Shown here: positions 17,669-26,796 of the stretch, one piece after another
Position numbering within the stretch: position 1 is the first letter of the stretch
How the letters are laid out: every line of letters begins with the position of its first letter
From: an uncultured Chloroflexia bacterium
GTDB lineage: Bacteria; Chloroflexota; Limnocylindria; Limnocylindrales; CSP1-4
DNA: 64,000 nt
Reading direction: 5' to 3'
NCBI GenBank assembly: GCA_963819655.1
Contig: CAWFXA010000002.1
Span: forward strand, 832,001 to 896,000
Made by a program: the position numbers and the translations under genes
The notes under the pieces: model-generated
Told to the model about the DNA's origin: nothing
The model's input: only the letters and a program-made list of their open reading frames with translations
Database searches by the model: none

Positions 17669-18354
17669 CGTCCACGCCGACCCCCCTGCGGGCCGTGTTG
17701 CGTCGATTTGCGACCGGCCTCATCGCGTATGGCCTTATCGGCCTCGTCCTGGCACTCGTCGCTCTGATCGCGGTCGTCTGGGCCGGAGGCAGGCTGGCGG
17801 CGGTGGGCGGGCGGGTCGAGACCCAGATCGCCGCAGTCGTCGAGACGCTCGATCGGACGTCAACGGCCCTGGCCGATGCCGGCACGTCGGCGACGTCCTT
17901 CTCGGGCACGATGGAGCGCACCCCACCGGTCGTGCGCCAGACCGCGCAGGCCATCGCCGACGTCCGGACCGACCTGCGCTCGGCCGAGAGCCAGTTCTCG
18001 CAATTCGAGATCCTCGGCCGCCAGCCGCTCGGCGGCGTGGCCGATTCGTTCGGACGCATGGCCGCCAACCTCGACGGACTCGACGAGCGCCTCGACCTGA
18101 TCGCCACGGATCTCGAGAGCAACCGAACCGCGTTGGTCGCGAACGCCACGTCGCTCAGCGCGCTCGGCGTCCGGCTCGGCCTGGTCGCCGATGACCTGCG
18201 CGGCGGGGTGGTCGAGGAGGGCTTCGCCGACGTGCGCTCCAGCGCGACCGTCCTGGCACTCGTGCTGCTCGTGTGGATGACGATCCCCGCGGCCGGTGCG
18301 CTGTGGCTCGGTTGGAGGCTCCGGCGCGAGGTCGGGCACGGGGACGACGACTAG
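17665..18354 (+). CDS. Hypothetical membrane protein with coiled-coil domain between two TMs
   Basis: GTGA coupling; hydrophobic N- and C-terminal segments. Confidence 0.8.
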   Translation: MTSTPTPLRAVLRRFATGLIAYGLIGLVLALVALIAVVWAGGRLAAVGGRVETQIAAVVETLDRTSTALADAGTSATSFSGTMERTPPVVRQTAQAIADVRTDLRSAESQFSQFEILGRQPLGGVADSFGRMAANLDGLDERLDLIATDLESNRTALVANATSLSALGVRLGLVADDLRGGVVEEGFADVRSSATVLALVLLVWMTIPAAGALWLGWRLRREVGHGDDD

Positions 18355-19802
18355 CGCAGGTCCCGGCGCAACGCCGATCTCGCGGCGAGGTGTCCGCTCA
18401 TGCCGTGGACTCCGCCGCCCGGCGCCGCCGATGAGGAGCACAGGTACAGCCCCGGCCCGGCGTGGTAGGGATCCAGGGACACCGCGGGCCGGAACAGGAG
18501 CTGACGGATATCGGAGATGCCGGCGTTGATGTCGCCCCCGACGTAGTTCGAGTCGTAATCCTCCATCTGTGCCGGCGAGTGGGTCCTGCGGGCGAGGATG
18601 CGATCGCGAAAGCCCGGCGCGAACCGCTCGACCTGAGCCTCGATGCGGTCGGTCATGTCGACCTCGGATCCGGACGGTACGTGGCAGTACGCCCACGCGG
18701 TCGTCCTGCCCGCCGGTGCTCGTGACGGGTCCCAGGGGTGGTATTGGACGAGCAGCGTGAGCGGTCGGTCGGGCGGCCGGCCGGCTGCCACTTGCCGCTC
18801 GGATCTGATGACCTCGGCGGACGAGCCGCCGAGGTGGACCGTCGCCGCCCGACGCAGGCCGTCGGCGGTCCACGGCACCGGACCGTCGAGCGCCCAGTCG
18901 ACCTTGAAGACGCCAGCTCCGTAGCGGAAGCCCTCGTAGCGCCGGCGCGTGCGGTCGGGCAGGCGGTCACCGGCGATCGACACGGCTGCGCGAGGTGTCG
19001 TGTCGAGCAGGACCGCGCGGGCCTCCGGCAGGTCGTCGAGGCGTGCGACGGGCTCGCCGGTCACGATCTCGCCACCAAGCTGCCGGAGCTCCGTGGCCAA
19101 GGCATCGGCGATGGCGGCCGAGCCGCCGCGGACCATCGGCCAGCCGACGGCGTGCGCATACGTCCCCAGCACCAGGCCGAACGACGCCGATAGCGGTCGG
19201 TCGAGCGGCACCATCCCGTGGGCCGCAAGTCCCAGGAACAGGGCCTGTGCAGCATCGCCGCGGAAGCGGGCGCGTGCCAGCCCACTGGCGGATCGCAGCG
19301 CAGTCGGCCCGAATCGGGCGATTGCGAGCAGGTGGCGTGGGGCGTGGACGACCGGGCGGAGCAGCTCGCGCCCGAGCTTGTCGGCGTCCCGGGTCAGCGG
19401 TCCGAAGAGGTGCAGCCACGCCGAGCCGTCGTCGGTCCGGCGGTCGCGATCGAGCCCGGCCGCTGTTGCCGTGAACGAGCGCTCGAGGACGACAGCCCGC
19501 CCCTCGTCGAGGGCATGGGCGACCGGGGCATCGGGGTGGATGAACTCGACGCCGCGCGCCGCCCAGTCGATCGTCCGGAAGAACGGCGAGGCGAGCGCGA
19601 GCGGCACGATCGTCGAGCACACGTCGTGGCGGAACCCGGGGAGCGTCAGCTCCGCGGTCCGGGTGCCGCCACCGATCGTCGGAGCGGCCTCGTAGACTCG
19701 CACCGAGCGACCGGCGCGGGCCAGCGTCAGCGCTGCGGCAAGGCCGTTCGGACCCGCACCGACGACGATGGCGTCGAGCGCCGGTCGACCCGACCCGGTC
19801 AC
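18351..19802 (-). CDS. FAD-dependent oxidoreductase, phytoene-desaturase-like
   Basis: VVGAGPNGLAAA, TLPGFRHDVCS, PGGGVHGMSG. Confidence 0.92.
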   Translation of the reverse strand: MTGSGRPALDAIVVGAGPNGLAAALTLARAGRSVRVYEAAPTIGGGTRTAELTLPGFRHDVCSTIVPLALASPFFRTIDWAARGVEFIHPDAPVAHALDEGRAVVLERSFTATAAGLDRDRRTDDGSAWLHLFGPLTRDADKLGRELLRPVVHAPRHLLAIARFGPTALRSASGLARARFRGDAAQALFLGLAAHGMVPLDRPLSASFGLVLGTYAHAVGWPMVRGGSAAIADALATELRQLGGEIVTGEPVARLDDLPEARAVLLDTTPRAAVSIAGDRLPDRTRRRYEGFRYGAGVFKVDWALDGPVPWTADGLRRAATVHLGGSSAEVIRSERQVAAGRPPDRPLTLLVQYHPWDPSRAPAGRTTAWAYCHVPSGSEVDMTDRIEAQVERFAPGFRDRILARRTHSPAQMEDYDSNYVGGDINAGISDIRQLLFRPAVSLDPYHAGPGLYLCSSSAAPGGGVHGMSGHLAARSALRRDLR

Positions 19803-21250
19803 TGTGCTGCGCCGACCGCGCCTGCCCCGGCCTGGAAAGGGATGCCCGCCGTGTACGCGAGGTCAGGCCAGGTGCCGGTGTAGCAGACCGGGCCGTACGT
19901 CCCTTCGTCGAGGTCACCGGCGCCGGGGACGGGCTGCCCCGTCCCCGCCTGGTCGTCGGCCACCGGTCCGGCAACCACCCAGTTCGGCGGGGTGACCGTC
20001 GGATCGAGGCTCGGGAGGAGGGCCAGGAGCTGGGCCCAGCGATAGGGCGGGCGAACGCCGACGATGGCGATGCCGGACGGCGTGCCGGCCATGCCCTCGT
20101 ACTCGAGCAGATGCAGCCCGGTCTCGTCCGACGTCCCGCGGACCGCGCATGTCGACCCATCGAACGACGCTGCCAGCGAGCCCGCCAGTCGGAACGGCGT
20201 CGCGCGCGGCTCGCCCCGGCGTAGAGCCGTCAGGAGTGCCGTCTCGACGGCCGCCCGATCGGCGCTGACCGCGAAACGCACGACCCGGCCGGCGTCGTCG
20301 CGTGTCAGCCGACCGTCGTCCTCGACGATGACCGCTGCGTCCTCCCACGCGACGAGGTCCGTGCCGCTCAGCGTCAGCGCCGCCAGCTCGTCCCACAGGT
20401 GCTGCCCGTCCTCGGGCCGCATCCTGCCCGGGTTCCGGATGAGGGACTCGTACATGAGATCCGCCCCGCCCGCCTGGTGGTCGTCGGCCAGACGATCGGC
20501 GAGGTCGACGGGCACCGGGACGTCGTCGGTGGCATCGAGCGGCACGATCGAGATCGGCACATCGGTCGCCAACACCGCGGCCACCGCGGAGGGATCGGCG
20601 TACGCGTTCCACTGGAGCGGGTCCCCGCCGTCGAGACCGTCGACGAAGACGTTGCCCGGCGCATCGATCGTGCCGAGCATGGCGTGGATCCCGGCCACCC
20701 GATCTGCGAGCGTCGCGTCGGCGGCGAACGCATCCTCGATGTTCGTGAGCGGCCCGAGGGCGACGATGGTCGGGGCGCTCGGACTGGACTCGACGGCCGC
20801 GGCGAGGACGTCGACCGCGTCGCGTGGCACGCCCGCCTCAGCCTGCGGCGGGATGTTCAGCCCGAAGGCCGCATCCGCCCGCGACCGCCAGTCGTCGGGG
20901 AACGGATGGGCATCGGCGCCGCCCTCCTGCCGACCGCAGCCGAACGGGATGTCGGGCGAGCCGAGTTCGTCGATCAGGTAGCGGGTCACCAACCGCCCGG
21001 CCTGGCAGTGCACCAGTCCCGTGCCGGCGATCGTGATGGCCCGGACATCGACCGCGGGGTCCCGCAGCAGGATGAGGATCGCGGCGATATCGCTCAGGTC
21101 GAAGTCGGCGTCGATGATGATCGGCACCCGGCTCATCGGCGGATCGCTCGACAGTGGCGCCGGCGGGCTCCCCGCGCTCGGACCGCACGCGGCGAGCGTC
21201 GACAGGAGGCCGACCACGATCACGCGTCCCGTCGTGAGGATCCGGCGCAT
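19799..21250 (-). CDS. Nucleoside hydrolase (IU-NH family) lipoprotein with C-terminal extension
   Basis: Lipobox LAAC; IIIDADFDLSD, LGPLTN, WNAYADP, VPLDAT, LWDELAA. Confidence 0.85.
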   Translation of the reverse strand: MRRILTTGRVIVVGLLSTLAACGPSAGSPPAPLSSDPPMSRVPIIIDADFDLSDIAAILILLRDPAVDVRAITIAGTGLVHCQAGRLVTRYLIDELGSPDIPFGCGRQEGGADAHPFPDDWRSRADAAFGLNIPPQAEAGVPRDAVDVLAAAVESSPSAPTIVALGPLTNIEDAFAADATLADRVAGIHAMLGTIDAPGNVFVDGLDGGDPLQWNAYADPSAVAAVLATDVPISIVPLDATDDVPVPVDLADRLADDHQAGGADLMYESLIRNPGRMRPEDGQHLWDELAALTLSGTDLVAWEDAAVIVEDDGRLTRDDAGRVVRFAVSADRAAVETALLTALRRGEPRATPFRLAGSLAASFDGSTCAVRGTSDETGLHLLEYEGMAGTPSGIAIVGVRPPYRWAQLLALLPSLDPTVTPPNWVVAGPVADDQAGTGQPVPGAGDLDEGTYGPVCYTGTWPDLAYTAGIPFQAGAGAVGAAQ

Positions 21251-21274
21251 GTGCGCATCGTAGGCCCGCGCCGC

Positions 21275-22528
21275 TCACCCGGGCGCGGCGGCGGCGATCC
21301 CCTCGACGGCCTCGAGCGCGCGGTCGATCTCCTCGTCGGTGTTGTAGTGGACGAGTCCGAGGCGGAGGATCCCTCCGGTGTCCGCCTTGCCTAGCCGCTC
21401 GATCAGCCCGGTCGCGTAGAAATCGCCATCCCACACGTAGATCCCGCGCCTGCCCAGCTCCTCGGCGGCCTCGCGCGGATGGACGCCGTCGATCGAGATC
21501 GACACGGTCGGCACCCGGTCGGCGAACCGCGCGGTGTCGGTGATCCCATGGATCGCCACGTCGGGGATCGCCTCCAGGCCATCGATCAGGCGTGTGACCA
21601 GCGCGCGTTCGTACTCGACGATGGCGGACATCCCGGCTACGAGCTCCGAGCGGCGGTCCGCGGCCGTCGGTGACCCGTATCGGCGTCCGATGTCGCGCAG
21701 GTAGTCGGTCGCGGCGAGGGTACCCGCGATCGATTCGAACGCCGCCGTGCCGGTCTCGAACCGATCGTGCGCGGGTCGAACCTTGAACGCCGGCAGCCCG
21801 TCCAGAACATCGGCCTTGCCGTACAGCGCGCCCAGGTGCGGTCCGAACCATTTGTACGCGCTGCAGACGAGGAAGTCGGCGTCGAGAGCCCGGACATCGA
21901 TCGGGCCGTGGGGCGCGTACGCCACCGCATCGACATAGGCCAGGGCGCCGACCTCATGGGCGCGCGCGACGATCTCTCGGACCGGGTTGACCGAGCCGAC
22001 CGCGTTGCTGGCATAGCCGACGGCGACGAGCTTGGTCCGGCTGCTGAGCTTCGACTCGAGATCCTCGAGATCGAGCGTCACGTCGTCTTCGCGGATATCG
22101 ACCTTGCGGACCGTCAGACCGCGATCCGACGCCATCGCCTCCCACGTGCTGACGTTGGCTTCGTGATCGAGCCGCGTGACGACGATCTCGTCGCCCGGCG
22201 TGAGCGTCGCCCCGATCGATCGGCCGATGTGGAGCGTGAGCGTCGACATGTTGTAGCCGAACTTGATCTCGTCCGGGCTCCCCGCACCGAGGAAGTCGGC
22301 GACGGCCGCGTGTGCCTCGTCGACGATCGCGTCCGATGCCTCGCTCGTGGCGAAGGCGCCACCGGCGTTGGCGTTGGTGTTCGACAGGTAGTCGCCGACC
22401 GCGTCGATGACGCGTTGCGGGACCTGGGTGCCGCCGGGACCGTCGAGGAACGCCACGGCCCGACCGTCCTGTTCGCGCCGCAGGGCTGGGAATTCGGCGC
22501 GGAGCGCCTCGACGTCGAATCGGGGCAT
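21275..22528 (-). CDS. Cysteine desulfurase-like class V aminotransferase (TIGR01976-type)
   Basis: LDGPGGTQVP, DHEANV, VDAVAYAPH, CSAYKWFGPH, RLGLVHYNT. Confidence 0.92.
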   Translation of the reverse strand: MPRFDVEALRAEFPALRREQDGRAVAFLDGPGGTQVPQRVIDAVGDYLSNTNANAGGAFATSEASDAIVDEAHAAVADFLGAGSPDEIKFGYNMSTLTLHIGRSIGATLTPGDEIVVTRLDHEANVSTWEAMASDRGLTVRKVDIREDDVTLDLEDLESKLSSRTKLVAVGYASNAVGSVNPVREIVARAHEVGALAYVDAVAYAPHGPIDVRALDADFLVCSAYKWFGPHLGALYGKADVLDGLPAFKVRPAHDRFETGTAAFESIAGTLAATDYLRDIGRRYGSPTAADRRSELVAGMSAIVEYERALVTRLIDGLEAIPDVAIHGITDTARFADRVPTVSISIDGVHPREAAEELGRRGIYVWDGDFYATGLIERLGKADTGGILRLGLVHYNTDEEIDRALEAVEGIAAAAPG

Positions 22529-22532
22529 CGCC

Positions 22533-23904
22533 TCAGCCGACCGTGACCTGGACGCCGGCTTCCTCGAGGATCCGTTGCGCGCGCCGGGCGATCAGGTCGG
22601 CCATCGAATTGTCCGTCGCCGCGACGATCACCGCCGTGCCGTCGACCTTGGCCAGGGCCGAGCCGTACGCCTCCAGGTCGTCGAGGATCACGTGTTCGGT
22701 CTCACCGTCCATTTCGGCCGTGATCATGCCCCGGGTCGCGACCCGAATCGTCAGATGTGGCGGACCGTCGGCAGTCGCGGGTTCAGGCTCGGGCGCGGCA
22801 ACGATGGGCTCCAGGTCCGCCGCGACCAGGTCCGCCGCGACAGCGTCCGGCGACGACTCGGCTACGGGCGCGGGTTCGGGCGGTGGTCCTGGTTCGGTCG
22901 CAGGCTCGGGCGCCACGGTCGGTCCGTTCGATCCGATCGCCTCAGGCTCGGCGTCGACAAGCGGCAACGAGAAGGAAGCCGCTGACCCGGCCGCCGGTGA
23001 CGGTTCCGATTCGGCGGCCGCCGCCTCGGCCAGCGCGGGTCCGGCGGCCGCGAACGCCGACCGCGTGGACACGACGTCGGGTTCGACCTGTGGCGCCCCG
23101 TTTGGCGCGACGGAGGCCGGGAGCGTCGCGGAGGCGGGGCCCCCCTCCGCGAGCTGTATCGCGCGGCGATGCACGATCCGCCCCTCGATCCACCAGATGA
23201 GGATGACCACGAAGATCGCGCCGACCACCAACAGGCCAGTCGCGATCCCGCTCACCACGACGGCCGTCCGGATGTCACCAATGAAGAAGACCCAGGACGC
23301 GAGGCACGATGAACCCGCCGACGAGACCGATCCAGGCGGCGAAGATGAGGGCCTCGCCGCGGTTGGCCTTCGGGTCGAGGCGATGAACGACGTCGCGGAC
23401 GATCGCCGGGACGCGAAAGAGGTTGAAGATCGGGATGAAGTTCTCGACGAAGGCCATCAGGCCACTCGCCGCCGGATAGCCCAGGCCGAGCGCCGGCATC
23501 GACGTCACAGTCCGACTCAGCCAGAGCGACCACGCGATCAGCGCCAGGAGGGCGATCCCGAAGGCGAGGATCCCGACGCTGCCGACGTACGCGAGCTGGT
23601 CCTCCGTGGGGTCGATGCCGCCAAGGATCTGATCGCCCAGTGTCGCGACGAGGTTCCACTGGACGATCTGCAGCATCGCCACGACCAGGATCAGGATCGA
23701 GGCGAGGAGCGCAGCCCAGCGTGACGACCTGAAGTCGGGAAGTCCGATCTCGCGGAGCTGGCCCTTGCTGGTCGGGTCGATCGTCGCGGGATCCACGGCC
23801 GCGCGATCCTTCGGCGTGCGGCAGTTGTAGCACTGCTTGGCGCCGGCGTTGTTGATCGACCGGCACTGGCCGCAGACCCAGAATTCCCCCGCCAAGGTGC
23901 TCAT
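22533..23904 (-). pseudogene. Zn-finger + DUF4328-like membrane protein with Pro/Glu-rich tail, split by a +1 frameshift near 23289
   Basis: WVCGQCRSIN...CYNC and FIPIFNLFRVP. Removing one base joins VLG to FFIGDIRTAVVVSGIATG (ORF 22533..23258). Confidence 0.7.
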
Positions 23905-25256
23905 CAGTGTTCCGTCGTTCCGGTGAACGTCCAGGCGTCGAGCCGGATGGCCGGCACGACCACTCCTCCAAGGAAGCCCTTGAGCGTCTTGCGCTCGCTG
24001 GCCACCCCGACTGTACACGCCAGTGCCTCGAGGTAGCTCTGGGTGAAACGGAGGTTCCTGACGGGACCCACGATCCGCCCGCCCTCCACGAGGAACGTCC
24101 CGTCTCGCGTCATGCCCGTGATGATCGCGAGCTTCGGGTGGACTGGATTCGTGTAGTGGAAACGCGTGACGAGCAGACCGCGATCCAGGCCGGTGATCAG
24201 GTCATCACGTGACGAGGTGCCTGCCGCCATGAGCATGTTGAGAGGGAACGGGCCCCACGGGTTCGGGGCTGGGAGGCCGTGGCCCGTCGACGTGACGCCG
24301 TCCCGTGCCGCGGTCTGGGCGTCGTGGACGACGCCTCGACAGATACCCTTCTCGAGCAACGTCACGCGCTGCTTCGCCACGCCCTCGTAGTCGAAGGCCA
24401 TCGGCAAGCCGGCCGGGTCGTGTCCGTCGTCCACGATCGATACGAGGTCGCTGCCGATCGTCCGACCGATCTCGACGAAGCTCCGCTCCTCCTGCACGGC
24501 GAGGGCCGAGAAACCGAGGTAGCCGAGCATATCGAGCAGGTCGACGACCGCGTATTCCTCGAGGACGACCGGATAGTCGCCTGCATCGATGCCGACCGCG
24601 TTCGCGGTCGCCCGCGCCTTCTCGGCGGCCTCACGACCGATCGCCCGGGCGTCGAGCGTGGTCGCGTCGACGGAGGCGTGCTCCGCGTAGCCCGAGCCGC
24701 CGTCCGGCCCCATCGACACCGTGAGGAGCTGCGCGACCGTCCGCGTGCCGCCGACCCGGATCCCTGTGCTGCTCGCGACGGCCGTCGTGTCGGTCCCGGT
24801 CGAGAACGACCCGTAAGCGTTGACCCCGACCTCGTCGGCGGCCGCGATCACGGCACGGACGCCGTCGGCGCGGAGTTCCGGCGATGCGTTCGCCGTGGCG
24901 GTGGCGTAGGCGGCCTCGACCTCGTCGACCCTGGTCGGTGCCGGTAGCCCGGCCCAGTCCTCGAGCTCCTCGACGACCCGGGCGATGGCGCCGGCGTTCG
25001 CGGCGAGCCGCCGGAGCCCCTCCTCGTCGGTCCTGCCGGACGATGCGACCCCGACGCGCTTGCCGACCACGAACCGCAGGTTGACGGTCACGTTCGTCTC
25101 GGCGACGTTCTGATGGATCTGGCTGTTCGCGAACCTCGTGAGCGATGCATCCTCTGCAAGCACGAGGGCCTCGGCCTCGGTCGCCCCCTCGGCCAGCGCA
25201 TGCCGAAGGGCACGCTCCGCCAGAGCGAGGGCGTCGCCGGCTCGCTCGTCGTTCAC
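23904..25256 (-). CDS. pmbA: TldE/PmbA family protein
   Basis: TRFANSQIHQN, FDYEGV, GLLVTRFHY, TGMTRDGTF. Confidence 0.9.
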   Translation of the reverse strand: MNDERAGDALALAERALRHALAEGATEAEALVLAEDASLTRFANSQIHQNVAETNVTVNLRFVVGKRVGVASSGRTDEEGLRRLAANAGAIARVVEELEDWAGLPAPTRVDEVEAAYATATANASPELRADGVRAVIAAADEVGVNAYGSFSTGTDTTAVASSTGIRVGGTRTVAQLLTVSMGPDGGSGYAEHASVDATTLDARAIGREAAEKARATANAVGIDAGDYPVVLEEYAVVDLLDMLGYLGFSALAVQEERSFVEIGRTIGSDLVSIVDDGHDPAGLPMAFDYEGVAKQRVTLLEKGICRGVVHDAQTAARDGVTSTGHGLPAPNPWGPFPLNMLMAAGTSSRDDLITGLDRGLLVTRFHYTNPVHPKLAIITGMTRDGTFLVEGGRIVGPVRNLRFTQSYLEALACTVGVASERKTLKGFLGGVVVPAIRLDAWTFTGTTEH

Positions 25257-25267
25257 CGGCCGCTCAC
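25253..25267 (-). other. Bridging mini-ORF GTG-AGC-GGC-CGG-TGA
   Basis: GTGA overlap with the tldD stop and GTGA overlap with the pmbA start. Confidence 0.55.
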
Positions 25268-26712
25268 CACTTGCCCACGCCGACCTGGACGTCCCGGAAG
25301 CGTGCTCCGGGGACAGCGTGACCGACGTGGCCGGTCTGGCCGGGCTCGCCCTTGCCGCAGTTGGGTGTCCCGAGCATCACGTAGCTCCGCTCGTCGCCGA
25401 CCGCGTCGCACGAGCGCCAGAACTCGTAGGTGATGCCGGTGTAGGTCGGGTTCTTGAAGAGCCTGCCCTTCTTGCCGCCCTTGATCTCGTAGGCGACCTC
25501 GGTGGCGAACTGGAAGTTGAGGCGTCGATCGTCGATCGACCACGAGCGATTGGCAGCGAGATAGAGGCCGTCGTCGGTGTCCGCGACGATGTCGTCGAGG
25601 CTCATCCCGGGGCGGGGGAGGAGGTTGATGTTGGTCATCCGGATGAGCGGGATGCGGTTCCAGCCGTCGGCACGCATCGCGCCGCTGCTGGATCGCCCGA
25701 TCCGGGGCGCGGTCTCGCGGCTGCTGAGGTACCCGACGAAGACGCCATCCTGAACGAGCGGGACGGCCTGGGCGGCGACGCCCTCGTCGTCCCAGCCGAA
25801 TGTGCCCATGCCGCCGGAGGCCGTGGCGTCCGCGACGATCGTGACAAGGTCCGACCCGTAGCGGAACCCCTCAGCCAGCTTGTCGGTGGTGAGGAAGCTC
25901 GTCCCGGCGTACGACGCCTCCGTGCCGAACACCCGATCCAGCTCCGTCGGGTGACCGCAGCTCTCGTGGACCTGCAGATAGAGCTGCGACGGATCGAGCA
26001 CGATCGTGAACCGGCCGCTCGGACACTGCGGCGCCGTGAGCAGGGCGACCGCCTCATCGGCGAGTGGTTCGGCACGGTCGCCGAGGCGCAGGCTGCGGAT
26101 GTACTCGTAGCCAGCCGCCTGCCAGCCACCGCCCGAATCCGGATAGGACCGGCGCTGATGCTCGTCACCGTCGACCGCGTTGGCCTCGACCGCCGAGCCG
26201 ACATGGGTGATGGTCTGCTCGGTGTAGGAGCCGTCTGTCGCCGCGAAGGTCTTCCATTCGCGCTGGGCGGCGTACATCGACTCGGTAAATGCGATCCCCT
26301 TCACGCGCGCGGCCGCCTGGTCGGCGGCCAGCAGGTCCCCGATCTTGCGCTCGAGCGGGACACTGAACGGGTCTTCCTCGATCGATGTCTCGTAGCGGCC
26401 ATGGGCCGCCGGTCGTGGGGCGAGGTCTGCCGGCTCGCGCAGCGCCGTGGCGCTCGCACGCGCGATCCGCACGGCCTGGGCGGCCACACGATCGGCCTCA
26501 TCGAGGCTCAGGACGTGGCTGCTGGAAAAGCCCCAGGCGCCATCGACGATGACGCGGACGCCGAACCCCTCACTCTCGTTCGAGGCGACGCCCTCGACGC
26601 GACCGGTCTTGATCGCGATCGATTCATCGAGGCGGCGGACGACCCTCGTGTCGGCGTATCCGGCGCCGAGGGACGTGGCGGTATCGAGTGCGCGCTCGGT
26701 CAGGTCTCGCAT
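25264..26712 (-). CDS. tldD: TldD metalloprotease
   Basis: HESCGHPTELD, WDDEGV, RMTN, CGKGEP. Confidence 0.95.
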   Translation of the reverse strand: MRDLTERALDTATSLGAGYADTRVVRRLDESIAIKTGRVEGVASNESEGFGVRVIVDGAWGFSSSHVLSLDEADRVAAQAVRIARASATALREPADLAPRPAAHGRYETSIEEDPFSVPLERKIGDLLAADQAAARVKGIAFTESMYAAQREWKTFAATDGSYTEQTITHVGSAVEANAVDGDEHQRRSYPDSGGGWQAAGYEYIRSLRLGDRAEPLADEAVALLTAPQCPSGRFTIVLDPSQLYLQVHESCGHPTELDRVFGTEASYAGTSFLTTDKLAEGFRYGSDLVTIVADATASGGMGTFGWDDEGVAAQAVPLVQDGVFVGYLSSRETAPRIGRSSSGAMRADGWNRIPLIRMTNINLLPRPGMSLDDIVADTDDGLYLAANRSWSIDDRRLNFQFATEVAYEIKGGKKGRLFKNPTYTGITYEFWRSCDAVGDERSYVMLGTPNCGKGEPGQTGHVGHAVPGARFRDVQVGVGKW

Positions 26713-26796
26713 CAGGACCGCCCAGCCTAGCAGCGGCTCGATGCGCGGACACTCGGGCGGATGCCGTATCGCCGGAGCCCCTGCGACGGGCGACCG

